Positions 1-7,896 of a DNA stretch of 64,000 bases are shown here, one piece after another (positions within the stretch are counted from its first letter, which is position 1; every line of letters starts with the position of its first letter). Under the pieces are notes generated by a model. It saw only the letters and a program-made list of their open reading frames with translations. It was not told the DNA's origin and did not search any database. The DNA lies in assembly GCA_041649615.1 (NCBI GenBank), contig JBAZMT010000002.1, positions 10,017 to 74,016 of the forward strand. The letters run 5' to 3'. Position numbers and translations under genes: made by a program. Origin of the DNA: Parcubacteria group bacterium. Lineage in GTDB: Bacteria; Patescibacteriota; Minisyncoccia; UBA6257; Colwellbacteraceae.

Positions 1-1272
1 TTGCGTTCAACGGTTATCGGAGAGGCTATTGCAAATTTATTAAAATTTCAGGGATACAAAGTCATAAGCGACAATCATTTGGGAGACTGGGGGACACAAT
101 TCGGCGCGCTTATTTACGCTTACAAAAATTGGGCGCAGAAAGAAGAATTCAAGAAAAATCCGATAGAGCATTTAGTGTCGCTTTACGTTAGATTCCACAA
201 AGAAGCAGAGGAAAATAAGACTCTCTTGGACGAAGCGAGAAAAGAAACGGCTAAACTGCAAAAGAAAGACGCGGAAAATACCAAACTTTGGAAAAGTTTC
301 GTGAGAGAAAGTCTTAGAGAGTTCGGGAAAATATATAAGAGGCTTGGAGTGAAGTTTGACGTTACGCTCGGAGAAAGTTTTTACGAGCCTGACCTAAAGC
401 AAATCGTGGATGATGCTTTAAGACTTGGCATTGCGCGGAAAGACGAAGGAGCGGTAAAAATATTTTTCGGGGACGACAAATTACCGCCTTACGTGATAGA
501 AAAAGCGGACGGAAGCCATCTTTACACGACGACCGACCTTGCGACCGTAAAGTACAGAGTCAACAAATGGCATCCCAAAAAGATTCTTTACGTAGTCGCA
601 AACGAGCAAGCGTTGCATTTCGCGCAACTCTTTGAAGCAGTTAGATTGCTCGGACTTGCGCCCGAAACCGAATTACAGCACATAAAATTCGGAATGATGC
701 TCGGCGCTTCGGGGAAGAAATTTTCAACAAGAAAAGGGGAATTCATAAAACTCACGGAACTGCTTGATAAAGCGAAAGAATCGGCAGCGGAAATAAACCC
801 GTCATCAGCCGAGGAAGTGGGGGTAGGCGCCGTGAAATATTACGATCTTTCGCATTATCGGCTATCGGACATTGTTTTTGATTGGGACGCGATGCTTAGT
901 TTAAAGGGCAATTCGGCGCCTTATATCCAATATACTTACGCGAGGCTTAGAAATATCGTGAAAAAAGCAGGCAGATTAAAACCGAAGATGGACGCGAAAA
1001 TTCTTTTGGGAGAAGCGGAAAAGAAAGTTTTGGAATCGCTCATCCGTTTTTCGGACATAGCCGCCTATGCCGCGGAGAAATGCGAACCGAATCATTTGGC
1101 GGAATATTTATTTAAGATGGCAAACGCTTTGAACGCTTTCTACGAAGCTTCACCTGTCATAAAAGCGGAAAAGAAAACAGCGGAAGCGAGACTCGCGCTC
1201 GTAGTGGCCGGAACGATAGTACTGAAAAGTGGGTTAACGCTTTTAGGAATAGAACTTCCAAAACGAATGTAA
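1..1272 (+). CDS. argS: Arginyl-tRNA synthetase, 5'-truncated by window edge
   Basis: NHLGDWGTQFG, KFSTRKG (KMSKS-like), GNSAPYIQYTYAR and C-terminal LLGIELPKRM motifs. Confidence 0.97.
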   Translation: MRSTVIGEAIANLLKFQGYKVISDNHLGDWGTQFGALIYAYKNWAQKEEFKKNPIEHLVSLYVRFHKEAEENKTLLDEARKETAKLQKKDAENTKLWKSFVRESLREFGKIYKRLGVKFDVTLGESFYEPDLKQIVDDALRLGIARKDEGAVKIFFGDDKLPPYVIEKADGSHLYTTTDLATVKYRVNKWHPKKILYVVANEQALHFAQLFEAVRLLGLAPETELQHIKFGMMLGASGKKFSTRKGEFIKLTELLDKAKESAAEINPSSAEEVGVGAVKYYDLSHYRLSDIVFDWDAMLSLKGNSAPYIQYTYARLRNIVKKAGRLKPKMDAKILLGEAEKKVLESLIRFSDIAAYAAEKCEPNHLAEYLFKMANALNAFYEASPVIKAEKKTAEARLALVVAGTIVLKSGLTLLGIELPKRM

Positions 1273-2034
1273 ATGAATTTTTGGAAAGAATTGAATAAGC
1301 CCATCTCGGCTTCAGCGCCGATGGCAGGGGTGACGGATGCAAATTTTAGACGCGCGCTCGCGGAAGCGGGCGGACCCGATGTTATTTGGACGGAGATGAT
1401 TCCTTTGCCGGGAATTGTGGCTAAAGGAAAAGAAGCGTTTGAAAAACATATGCGATTTTCGGAGATTGAAAGGCCGGTAGTGTTTCAATTTTTCGGAGCG
1501 AAACCGGAACAGTTCGCTCTTTGCGGAAAAATTGCCAAGAAATACGGAGCGGATGGAATAGACATTAATATGGGATGTCCCGACCGAAACATTCTAAAAC
1601 AAGGAGCGGGGGCGTGCATTATAAAATCACCTAGCTTGGCAAAGGAAATTATCGGGATAACGAAGGAAAATTCTTTAGGGTTGCCGGTTTCCGTAAAAAC
1701 CCGAATCGGATATTCAGAGGCTAAGGAAACGGAAAACTGGATTACGGCACTCGCGGAGGAAAAACTAGCGGCGATAATCGTTCACGGACGGACTAAAGAA
1801 GAGGGAAGGAAAGGAAAAGCCGATTGGAAACAAATTAAGAGAGCGGGAAAAATCATCAAAACGATAAGTCCCGAAACAATTGTTCTCGGGAACGGAGACA
1901 TTAAATCGCGGGAAGAGGGAGAGATGCGCGCGAAAGAAGCGGGAATAGACGGATATATGGTCGGAAGAGCGCTTGTAAAGAACATGCGGTTTTTTGCGGG
2001 GCTACAAGGAATTTCACAACTCCGCTCGCTCTAG
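1273..2034 (+). CDS. dus: tRNA-dihydrouridine synthase (TIM-barrel domain only, short C-terminus)
   Basis: APMAGVTD, DINMGCP, VSVKTRIG, VHGRT, GNGDI motifs. Confidence 0.93.
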   Translation: MNFWKELNKPISASAPMAGVTDANFRRALAEAGGPDVIWTEMIPLPGIVAKGKEAFEKHMRFSEIERPVVFQFFGAKPEQFALCGKIAKKYGADGIDINMGCPDRNILKQGAGACIIKSPSLAKEIIGITKENSLGLPVSVKTRIGYSEAKETENWITALAEEKLAAIIVHGRTKEEGRKGKADWKQIKRAGKIIKTISPETIVLGNGDIKSREEGEMRAKEAGIDGYMVGRALVKNMRFFAGLQGISQLRSL

Positions 2035-2167
2035 GCTCACTCCATCTTAGAAACCAACGGTTTCTAATATCTTCCTACACGGGGAAAAATTTAGAATTTT
2101 TCCCCGACCTCCTTTAACGTTCAAGTCCTTGTAGATAACACAAGCATCTCTTGCGGGGCTACAAGGA
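1994..2167. repeat. 17-bp direct repeat of the tRNA-Trp 3' end (1994-2010, 2151-2167) flanking a small structured insert; inverted 16-bp T-arm copy at 2119-2134
   Basis: ttgcggggctacaagga occurs twice; gttcaagtccttgtag is the reverse complement of 2159-2174. Confidence 0.85.
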
Positions 2168-2224
2168 CTTGAACCTTGATTAACGGTTTTGGAGACCGCC
2201 GTTCTGCCATTGAACTATAGCCCC
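2154..2224 (-). tRNA. tRNA-Trp(CCA)
   Basis: Reverse complement GGGGCTATAGTTCAATGGCAGAACGGCGGTCTCCAAAACCG...GGTTCAAGTCCTTGTAGCCCCG folds as a cloverleaf, anticodon CCA. Confidence 0.95.
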
Positions 2225-2300
2225 ATACTTGACGATTTTAACTGTAAAATTATTATTTTGCCAACTACAGGAGGAAGCTAAAATATGTTTTAATTCATAA

Positions 2301-2711
2301 ATGACCGATATGAAACATAAGGGTAGAAAATGGGCGTTTGTCGCCGTTGCTGTAGCAATAGTTGTGTTTCTCGGGCTAACGCTTGGTGATACTTTCCTTA
2401 CCGGTTTATCAATTAAAAAACCCGCTCAAGGTTCTCAAGACGGAGAGAAAGTGCTTTATCACACTTTCACTTGTCCGCATTGTGAAAACGTAAGAGATTA
2501 CATCGAGGAAAACGGGATAACGGGAATAACCGAAAAGGAAATATCCATAAGCCAAGTAGCGGCGAACGAACTTTATGACAGAATGGTAGAGTGCGGGAAA
2601 GACGCCTCTAAAGGACTTACTGTTCCGGTGTTGTGGGATAATGGAGAGTGTTTCTTCGGAGACACCGACATAATTAATCATCTTCAAGGGCCAACTTCAG
2701 AAAATGAATAA
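2301..2711 (+). CDS. Membrane-anchored glutaredoxin/thioredoxin-fold protein
   Basis: N-terminal TM helix, CPHC motif, TVP cis-Pro motif, GDTDII. Confidence 0.8.
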   Translation: MTDMKHKGRKWAFVAVAVAIVVFLGLTLGDTFLTGLSIKKPAQGSQDGEKVLYHTFTCPHCENVRDYIEENGITGITEKEISISQVAANELYDRMVECGKDASKGLTVPVLWDNGECFFGDTDIINHLQGPTSENE

Positions 2712-3207
2712 ATTAACCAAAGTCAGTCTTGCGGTCGTAGCGGGCCTTCTTTTAAGCGGAAAAGCGTTAGCGGTGTGCCCCGTGTGCACGGTTGCGATTG
2801 GAGCAGGACTTGGAATTTCACGATTGCTTGGAATAAGCGATCTCATCTCGGCAACCTGGATAGGAGCGCTCCTTGCATCGGCTTCTCTCTGGACGATCAA
2901 TTGGGCGGCGAAAAAAGGAGTGCAATTTAAAGGTTTCCGGGAAATAGTTTTCGCGGTTTTTTACGTCCTGACGATCGTTTCTTTGTGGATCTCGAAAATT
3001 ATCGGCATGCCGGGCAATAGCGTGCTTGGCGCGGATAAGATCATGGCGGGAATTGCTTTGGGAACGGTTATTTTTATCGGAACGGAAATAATCTATGAAA
3101 TAACGAGAAAAAAGAGAGGAAAGGCTTTGTTTCCTTTCCAAAAAGTCGTTATGCCTTTCGCGGCTCTTGCTTTAGCGAGCGCGATATTCTATTTAATAGG
3201 AATATGA
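2704..3207 (+). CDS. Integral membrane protein with CPVC motif after a signal-like segment
   Basis: ALA-VCPVC followed by about 4 hydrophobic helices; overlaps the upstream gene. Confidence 0.7.
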   Translation: MNKLTKVSLAVVAGLLLSGKALAVCPVCTVAIGAGLGISRLLGISDLISATWIGALLASASLWTINWAAKKGVQFKGFREIVFAVFYVLTIVSLWISKIIGMPGNSVLGADKIMAGIALGTVIFIGTEIIYEITRKKRGKALFPFQKVVMPFAALALASAIFYLIGI

Positions 3208-3275
3208 ATGTAATTTTCAATTTACAATTTCTAATTTCTAAATAATTTTCAATTTATAAAATATTTATAATTTTT

Positions 3276-3809
3276 ATGGAAAACGATCAGGAAAAGAAAA
3301 TAGAGGAACTTATAGAGAAAGCTTCTCGCGGTAAGAAAGGACAACTTGATTTATCTTCCGATGAGGATCTTTCCGTTGCCGTAATGAATCTTCTCTCAAT
3401 TGAAGAGCATTTCTTTTTCACGGCTGAAAAAACCGAGAATTCGGATTATCTGGATTTGCTCGCAGAAGTGAGAGAAATGAGAAAGGAACTTTTGAAGAAA
3501 CTCATTAAAGACTATGAAGGAGAAGTTTGGTGCATATCAAAACATTTGCTTGCGGCTTCAATGAGATTAATGGAAGTAGGCACAAAGCAATTAGGGCAGG
3601 GGAATAAAAAAGAAGCGGAGGATATGTTCAAGAAAGCGTATGAACTTTATTCTCTTTTCTGGGGAATAAATTTGAAGATCGTGAAATTGGACGGCGTTAA
3701 AAAAATCGCCGATGACGAGTTAAATGTGAAAGATGCGGGAAAAGGAAACAAGGGATTTGGTAGATTAGGGGAGATTGTAAAGCGGTTAGTTGATTGTTGC
3801 AGAGAGTAG
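3276..3809 (+). CDS. Hypothetical helical protein with WCISKHLL and C-terminal CC
   Basis: Long ORF with normal codon usage; EEH, WCISKH and DCCRE possible metal/thiol ligands. Confidence 0.7.
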   Translation: MENDQEKKIEELIEKASRGKKGQLDLSSDEDLSVAVMNLLSIEEHFFFTAEKTENSDYLDLLAEVREMRKELLKKLIKDYEGEVWCISKHLLAASMRLMEVGTKQLGQGNKKEAEDMFKKAYELYSLFWGINLKIVKLDGVKKIADDELNVKDAGKGNKGFGRLGEIVKRLVDCCRE

Positions 3810-3812
3810 GAA

Positions 3813-4187
3813 CTAGAGAACAAATTTTCTGCCTTTGTATTTTTTAGCTTCAATGATAAAGGCGTTATCGTTTTTTGAACTGTGTCTTATAGAGTGACAA
3901 TTAGCACAGAGGAGAATGCATTTATCTAGTTCCTTTTTAATAACTTCCCATTTTTTATTAGCAACATTTCCAATGACAAAATCTTTTTTATTATGATTAA
4001 CGTGATGGAATTGAAATGCTGCTTGATTTCCTTGCCATCCACAATCGACACATCTTCCTCCTAGTAGTTTGATGGCGGCAAGCTTGGTTCTGTATCTTCT
4101 TATTTTTGTATTGCATGATCCACATCGGGTTCGCATTTTGTTTTGGTAATCCTTAAATTTATTACCACACAGCTTACATATGCGCAT
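3813..4187 (-). CDS. HNH endonuclease with Zn-finger CxxC pairs
   Basis: LGGRCVDCG, FQFHHVN, CILLCANCHSIRH; AT-rich compared with flanks. Confidence 0.85.
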   Translation of the reverse strand: MRICKLCGNKFKDYQNKMRTRCGSCNTKIRRYRTKLAAIKLLGGRCVDCGWQGNQAAFQFHHVNHNKKDFVIGNVANKKWEVIKKELDKCILLCANCHSIRHSSKNDNAFIIEAKKYKGRKFVL

Positions 4188-4286
4188 GTCAATAGTATAA
4201 CATATTATGTTCTACCGTATTGGATTGGTAATCTTGAAATTAATTAATTATCTGTTAATATACGCAAGTATTCTTCAAGAATATAA

Positions 4287-4575
4287 GCCGCGATAGCTCA
4301 GTGGTAGAGCGCATCCCTCAAGTTCAACTTCGGGGCCTTCTGCAGTAATGCGGATTGAATAACTGGGTGAATTCGGAAAAGGTTCTTAGCTAGCGCTAAA
4401 AATAATTCCGAGCCAAGCTCAAAAGGACACAGGTTTTTGAGAAGGTGTAGAGACTAGCAAGTGAGCTCCAACAATAACCTTGCATAAGCGCCCGGCTCCC
4501 TTTAAAGGGAGATGATATAGTCCGGATATCCTCTGGAAGAGGATGGCGTCGGGGGTCCGATTCCCTCTCGCGGCA
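4287..4575 (+). tRNA. tRNA-Phe(GAA) interrupted by a group I intron (exons 4287-4318 and 4536-4575)
   Basis: Joined exons give GCCGCGATAGCTCAGTGGTAGAGCG-CATCC-CTGAAGA-GGATG-GCGTCGGGGGTCCGATTCCCTCTCGCGGCA, a full cloverleaf with anticodon GAA. Confidence 0.9.
4319..4535 (+). ncRNA. Group I self-splicing intron, 217 nt, inserted after U33
   Basis: 5' exon ends in U and intron ends in G; IGS cttcgggg pairs with exon ccct (U.G) and 3' exon gaag; core elements ctgggtgaattcgg, ccgagccaagc, gtgtagagacta, gatatagtcc; P3 ctgggtg/cgcccgg; P8 ctccctttaaagggag. Confidence 0.9.
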
Positions 4576-4581
4576 CAAAAT

Positions 4582-4621
4582 GTAACAAAGAACTCCGATT
4601 GCAATCGGAGTTCTTTGTTAC
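4582..4621. terminator. 40-bp perfect palindrome after tRNA-Phe, probable terminator
   Basis: gtaacaaagaactccgattg/caatcggagttctttgttac. Confidence 0.65.
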
Positions 4622-4643
4622 TAATATTTAAAAGTTTTCGCTT

Positions 4644-4718
4644 GCCCTCGTAGTTCAATGGATAGAGCAGCACACTCCTAACGTGCTGATGGAGGTTCGA
4701 TTCCCCCCGAGGGCACCA
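4644..4718 (+). tRNA. tRNA-Arg(CCT)
   Basis: GCCCTCG...CGAGGGCACCA acceptor, loop CTCCTAA, GGTTCGATTCC; one anticodon-stem mismatch. Confidence 0.88.
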
Positions 4719-4731
4719 AATTTTTGTTTTG

Positions 4732-4802
4732 TCGGGCTGCCGGGAGTTGAACCCAGACCTCATGCTCCCAAAGCATGTATACTACCGCTATACTACAGCC
4801 CG
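4732..4802 (-). tRNA. tRNA-Pro(TGG)
   Basis: Reverse complement CGGGCTG...CATGC-TTTGGGA-GCATG...GGTTCAACTCCCGGCAGCCCGA. Confidence 0.93.
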
Positions 4803-4831
4803 GTGTGGTTTGTAGCGGCATTATAACCGCG

Positions 4832-4903
4832 TACCCCGAGAAGGAATTGAACCCTCATTTACTCCTTAGAAGGGAGTCGTTCTATCCGTTGAACTATCGG
4901 GGC
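4832..4903 (-). tRNA. tRNA-Arg(TCT)
   Basis: Reverse complement GCCCCGATAGTTCAACGGATAGAACG-ACTCC-CTTCTAA-GGAGT...GGTTCAATTCC. Confidence 0.93.
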
Positions 4904-5013
4904 AAATAAACTCCTATAGACAATAGAAGTTTTTGGTTAAAAATTCAATTTTATAGACTCAACGCAGAACGTTTGCTAAAATTGTTTGGTATCTAACTTC
5001 TGCTCGGGTTGTC

Positions 5014-5943
5014 ATGATTCTCCAAATCTTAATTTTTGCCGCCTCACTTTTTTTGGTTGTTCAAGGAGCAACGCTTGCCACAAAATACTCCGCTAAAGTC
5101 GCGGAGCGTTTTAATCTTTCCCAATATATTGTCGGATTTATTATTGTCGCCTTTATTTCCATTCTTCCCGAGACGGTCATTTCCATAAGTTCGGCCATAA
5201 GGGGAATGCCTGAATTCGGTTTGGGGACGATATTCGGTTCAAATATCGCCGATCTGACGCTTATTTTCGCCATAATGACGATAGTGGCAGGTAGAGGACT
5301 TAAGATAGAGAGCAAAGTACTTAAGGATGTTCGCTTTTATCCTTTTCTAATAATGTTGCCGGTTATATTCGGACTTAACGGCCATTATTCTCGGCTTGAA
5401 GGGATAGCGCTTATAGTAGCCGGAGTATTCTTCTATTACTTGTTATTTAAAAGAGAAGAAAAAATGGATGCATATCACAGCGGCGTAGGCAGTGTGAAAA
5501 ATTTCTTGTTTCTGGTTTTCGCCATGGTCATATTGCTTTTAGGATCGCAATTTACGGTGAATTCCGCGACTGAAATCGCAGAAGTGCTAAATGTAACGCC
5601 AGTGCTTATCGCCATGCTTGTCGTGAGTATTGGAACGACAATGCCGGAACTTTTTTACTCATTGAAAGCCGTAAGGAAAAAAGAGGACGGTCTTGCCGTT
5701 GGTGATATTTTGGGAACGGTAATGGCGGACGCGACAATCGTAGTGGGCGTAATTGCCTGCATAAGTCCGTTTTATTTTCCGGCAAAGATAGTGTATGTGA
5801 CCGGGACGTTCATGGTTATCGCTTCATTCTTCTTAATGAAACTAATACGTTCCGAACGCGTTCTTACGCGGCTTGAGGGATTTTTGCTTCTTGCTTTTTG
5901 GATAGTTTACGCCGTTATAGAGTTTCTGGTGGGCAGGAATTGA
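5014..5943 (+). CDS. Ca2+/Na+ antiporter, CaCA family (YrbG-like)
   Basis: Two alpha repeats SILPE...GSNIAD and GTTMPE...GDILGT; about 10 TM helices. Confidence 0.9.
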   Translation: MILQILIFAASLFLVVQGATLATKYSAKVAERFNLSQYIVGFIIVAFISILPETVISISSAIRGMPEFGLGTIFGSNIADLTLIFAIMTIVAGRGLKIESKVLKDVRFYPFLIMLPVIFGLNGHYSRLEGIALIVAGVFFYYLLFKREEKMDAYHSGVGSVKNFLFLVFAMVILLLGSQFTVNSATEIAEVLNVTPVLIAMLVVSIGTTMPELFYSLKAVRKKEDGLAVGDILGTVMADATIVVGVIACISPFYFPAKIVYVTGTFMVIASFFLMKLIRSERVLTRLEGFLLLAFWIVYAVIEFLVGRN

Positions 5944-5982
5944 TTTGGCGAGAATTTATCCATACAATAAATCCGCTAATAT

Positions 5983-6058
5983 GGTGTCTATAGTGTAACG
6001 GTTAGCACTAGAGTTTGTGGAACTCTCGGTACGGGTTCGAATCCCGTTAGACACCCCA
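5983..6058 (+). tRNA. tRNA-His(GTG)
   Basis: G-1 GGTGTCTA, AGAGT-TTGTGGA-ACTCT, GGTTCGAATCC, encoded CCA. Confidence 0.95.
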
Positions 6059-6060
6059 TG

Positions 6061-6094
6061 ACAATCCCCGTGTAAACACGGGGATTGTAATTTT
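6061..6094 (+). terminator. Hairpin terminator after tRNA-His
   Basis: acaatccccgtgt-aa-acacggggattgt followed by a T-rich tract. Confidence 0.65.
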
Positions 6095-6199
6095 CAATTA
6101 CTAATTTTCAATTTTAAAATCCCAATTTCCAATGGCATTATAATGCGGGAGATATGTCCTTTTCGGCGTTTTAGTGCCTTATTATAATTGGTAAATACT

Positions 6200-6934
6200 A
6201 TGGACTTAATTCGCGAGTGCAAAAAGCTGATTGAGGCTTGCAAAAACGGGGAACTCGGTCCGACAGAGATGCCAGAAGATTCCAATCCGGGATTTATAAA
6301 GAAAGATAAAGAGCTTAGAATCGCGTATTTCACTCTGCCGATGGCTCTCAATTACCAGCGTGACAGTTTTGCCATGTGGCGAGCCGCTCTCGAGACTTAT
6401 AAAGACCCAGAAACGCGGAATGTTTTTAATGTTAACGCAACGACAAAAATGTCGGAAGCAAAATTGAGAGATAATCTTTTAAAACATAAATTGGCGCTTC
6501 AACCGAACAAACATACGGATACTTGGAAGAGAATATCTGAATCGGTTTATGGAGGCTGGAAAAGTTTCGAAGGAATGATATCGGCCTCGGATAATGATTT
6601 TTTGAAACTCAAGGAAGTGATTCAAGGATCAAACAAGAAAGGATTTCCTTATTTATCCGGTCCAAAAATATTCAACTATTGGTCTTCTATTTTAGGCAGG
6701 TACGCCGGAGTGGTTTTGAAAAACACGGAATACATAGAAATAGCCGTGGATACGCACATACTGAAATGTTCGGTCAAACTTGGAGTCATAACGCCGAAAG
6801 AAGCGGAAAAACTCGGGCGATTGGAAATCTCGGAGAGGTGGCGCGAAGCCTTAAAAGGGTCAGGAATATCTCCGGCCGATATGCATTTTGTCTTGTGGTT
6901 TTGGAGCAGAAACGGATTCATTTATAAACCATAA
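6200..6934 (+). CDS. Hypothetical protein, probable HhH-GPD DNA glycosylase-like fold
   Basis: FPYLSGPKIFNYW (HhH-like), IAVDTH, and C-terminal DMHFVLW pattern. Confidence 0.55.
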   Translation: MDLIRECKKLIEACKNGELGPTEMPEDSNPGFIKKDKELRIAYFTLPMALNYQRDSFAMWRAALETYKDPETRNVFNVNATTKMSEAKLRDNLLKHKLALQPNKHTDTWKRISESVYGGWKSFEGMISASDNDFLKLKEVIQGSNKKGFPYLSGPKIFNYWSSILGRYAGVVLKNTEYIEIAVDTHILKCSVKLGVITPKEAEKLGRLEISERWREALKGSGISPADMHFVLWFWSRNGFIYKP

Positions 6935-6962
6935 TTAAAAACTGCCCAACGGAGCGGTTTGT

Positions 6963-7559
6963 CTATTTCAGTTTTCCGTCAAACTCTCCCATCAAGGTCT
7001 GATATTTGCGGTTGAGTTCGTTAATGGCGATGACATTATCGTTCATTTCTTTCGTAATTTTTTCCGTTTCCGCGTTGAAGTTTTCAGGGGTGTAACTCGT
7101 GAATTTTTTTCTCAAAACGTCTAAAAGCGCACGGGTATTCTCGTTGTAGTTCAAGAGTTTATCAACTAAAGAGATCTCCGTTGTTATGGCCTGCATGCCA
7201 AGCGCTTGAGCGTCGTTGTTCGGGACGGATGGCAGGGAAGAAGCCATTCTTTCCAACTCTCCCAGAAGCTCAATAGTTTTTGCGCGCGCAACTTCTACCC
7301 GTTCCAATTCTTGAATGGTGAGATTCAAGGCTTCATCGTATTTTCCCGCTTTATCTTTCTTTTCGATTTCGCTTATTGTATTAACGGAACTGCTTGAAAA
7401 TTCGTTTAGAAAGTCGGCGATAACGGCTCCGTTCATGCGGGCTTCGGCGAAACTTTCTGGAATGACAAATTTTTCTCTTGGAATGAAGGAAAAGCCGATA
7501 ATGGCGGCGAAAGTAATCGCGACCACTCCGAGTGACGGCAATATCCATTTACGGAACAT
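6963..7559 (-). CDS. Membrane-anchored helical hypothetical protein
   Basis: N-terminal TM helix followed by coiled-coil-like sequence. Confidence 0.7.
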   Translation of the reverse strand: MFRKWILPSLGVVAITFAAIIGFSFIPREKFVIPESFAEARMNGAVIADFLNEFSSSSVNTISEIEKKDKAGKYDEALNLTIQELERVEVARAKTIELLGELERMASSLPSVPNNDAQALGMQAITTEISLVDKLLNYNENTRALLDVLRKKFTSYTPENFNAETEKITKEMNDNVIAINELNRKYQTLMGEFDGKLK

Positions 7560-7624
7560 GAGGCTCATATTATGAAAATTCTTTACAACAATCAAATCTT
7601 GCACTAAATTTAAGCCTGTTTTAA

Positions 7625-7695
7625 GCGGGATTAGTATAGTGGCAGTACGCTACCTTGCCAAGGTAATGGCGCCGGTTCGATTCCGGTATCCCGCT
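7625..7695 (+). tRNA. tRNA-Gly(GCC)
   Basis: GCGGGAT...ATCCCGCT acceptor, anticodon loop TTGCCAA, GGTTCGATTCC. Confidence 0.94.
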
Positions 7696-7864
7696 CATAT
7701 TTCAAAGCCCTCTTTAAAGAGGGCTTTGAAATATGAATCCCTAAATTCCTACTGCGACAGACAAATACTCGCTCGGGGTACCCGCTTTGCTATAACGTAC
7801 ACCTTCACTCGTATTTGTCTCGTCTCGCTATGGAATTTAGGGATTAGGGATACCGGAATCGAAC
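7695..7864. repeat. 42-bp palindrome (7695-7736), long hairpin (7736-7845) and inverted 18-bp copy of the tRNA-Gly 3' end (7847-7864)
   Basis: tcatatttcaaagccctcttt/aaagagggctttgaaatatga; aatccctaaattcc/ggaatttagggatt; gggataccggaatcgaac is the reverse complement of 7675-7692. Confidence 0.85.
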
Positions 7865-7896
7865 GGAACATAGAGCGAGGTGTTAAAATTAGGGCA

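Noticed and set aside
4287-4325. Reading the first tRNA as anticodon CAA (Leu) or as a pseudo-tRNA
   Set aside because: CAA is the start of the intron; the spliced product restores the CATCC/GGATG stem with GAA and a short variable loop.
4396-4763. ORFs 4396-4578 and 4419-4763
   Set aside because: Antisense shadows of tRNAs and the intron, with no protein motifs; the intron encodes no endonuclease.
7639-7896. N-terminal extension of the lactate permease ORF
   Set aside because: It runs through tRNA-Gly and the hairpins; the hydrophobic permease sequence begins at ATG 7897.
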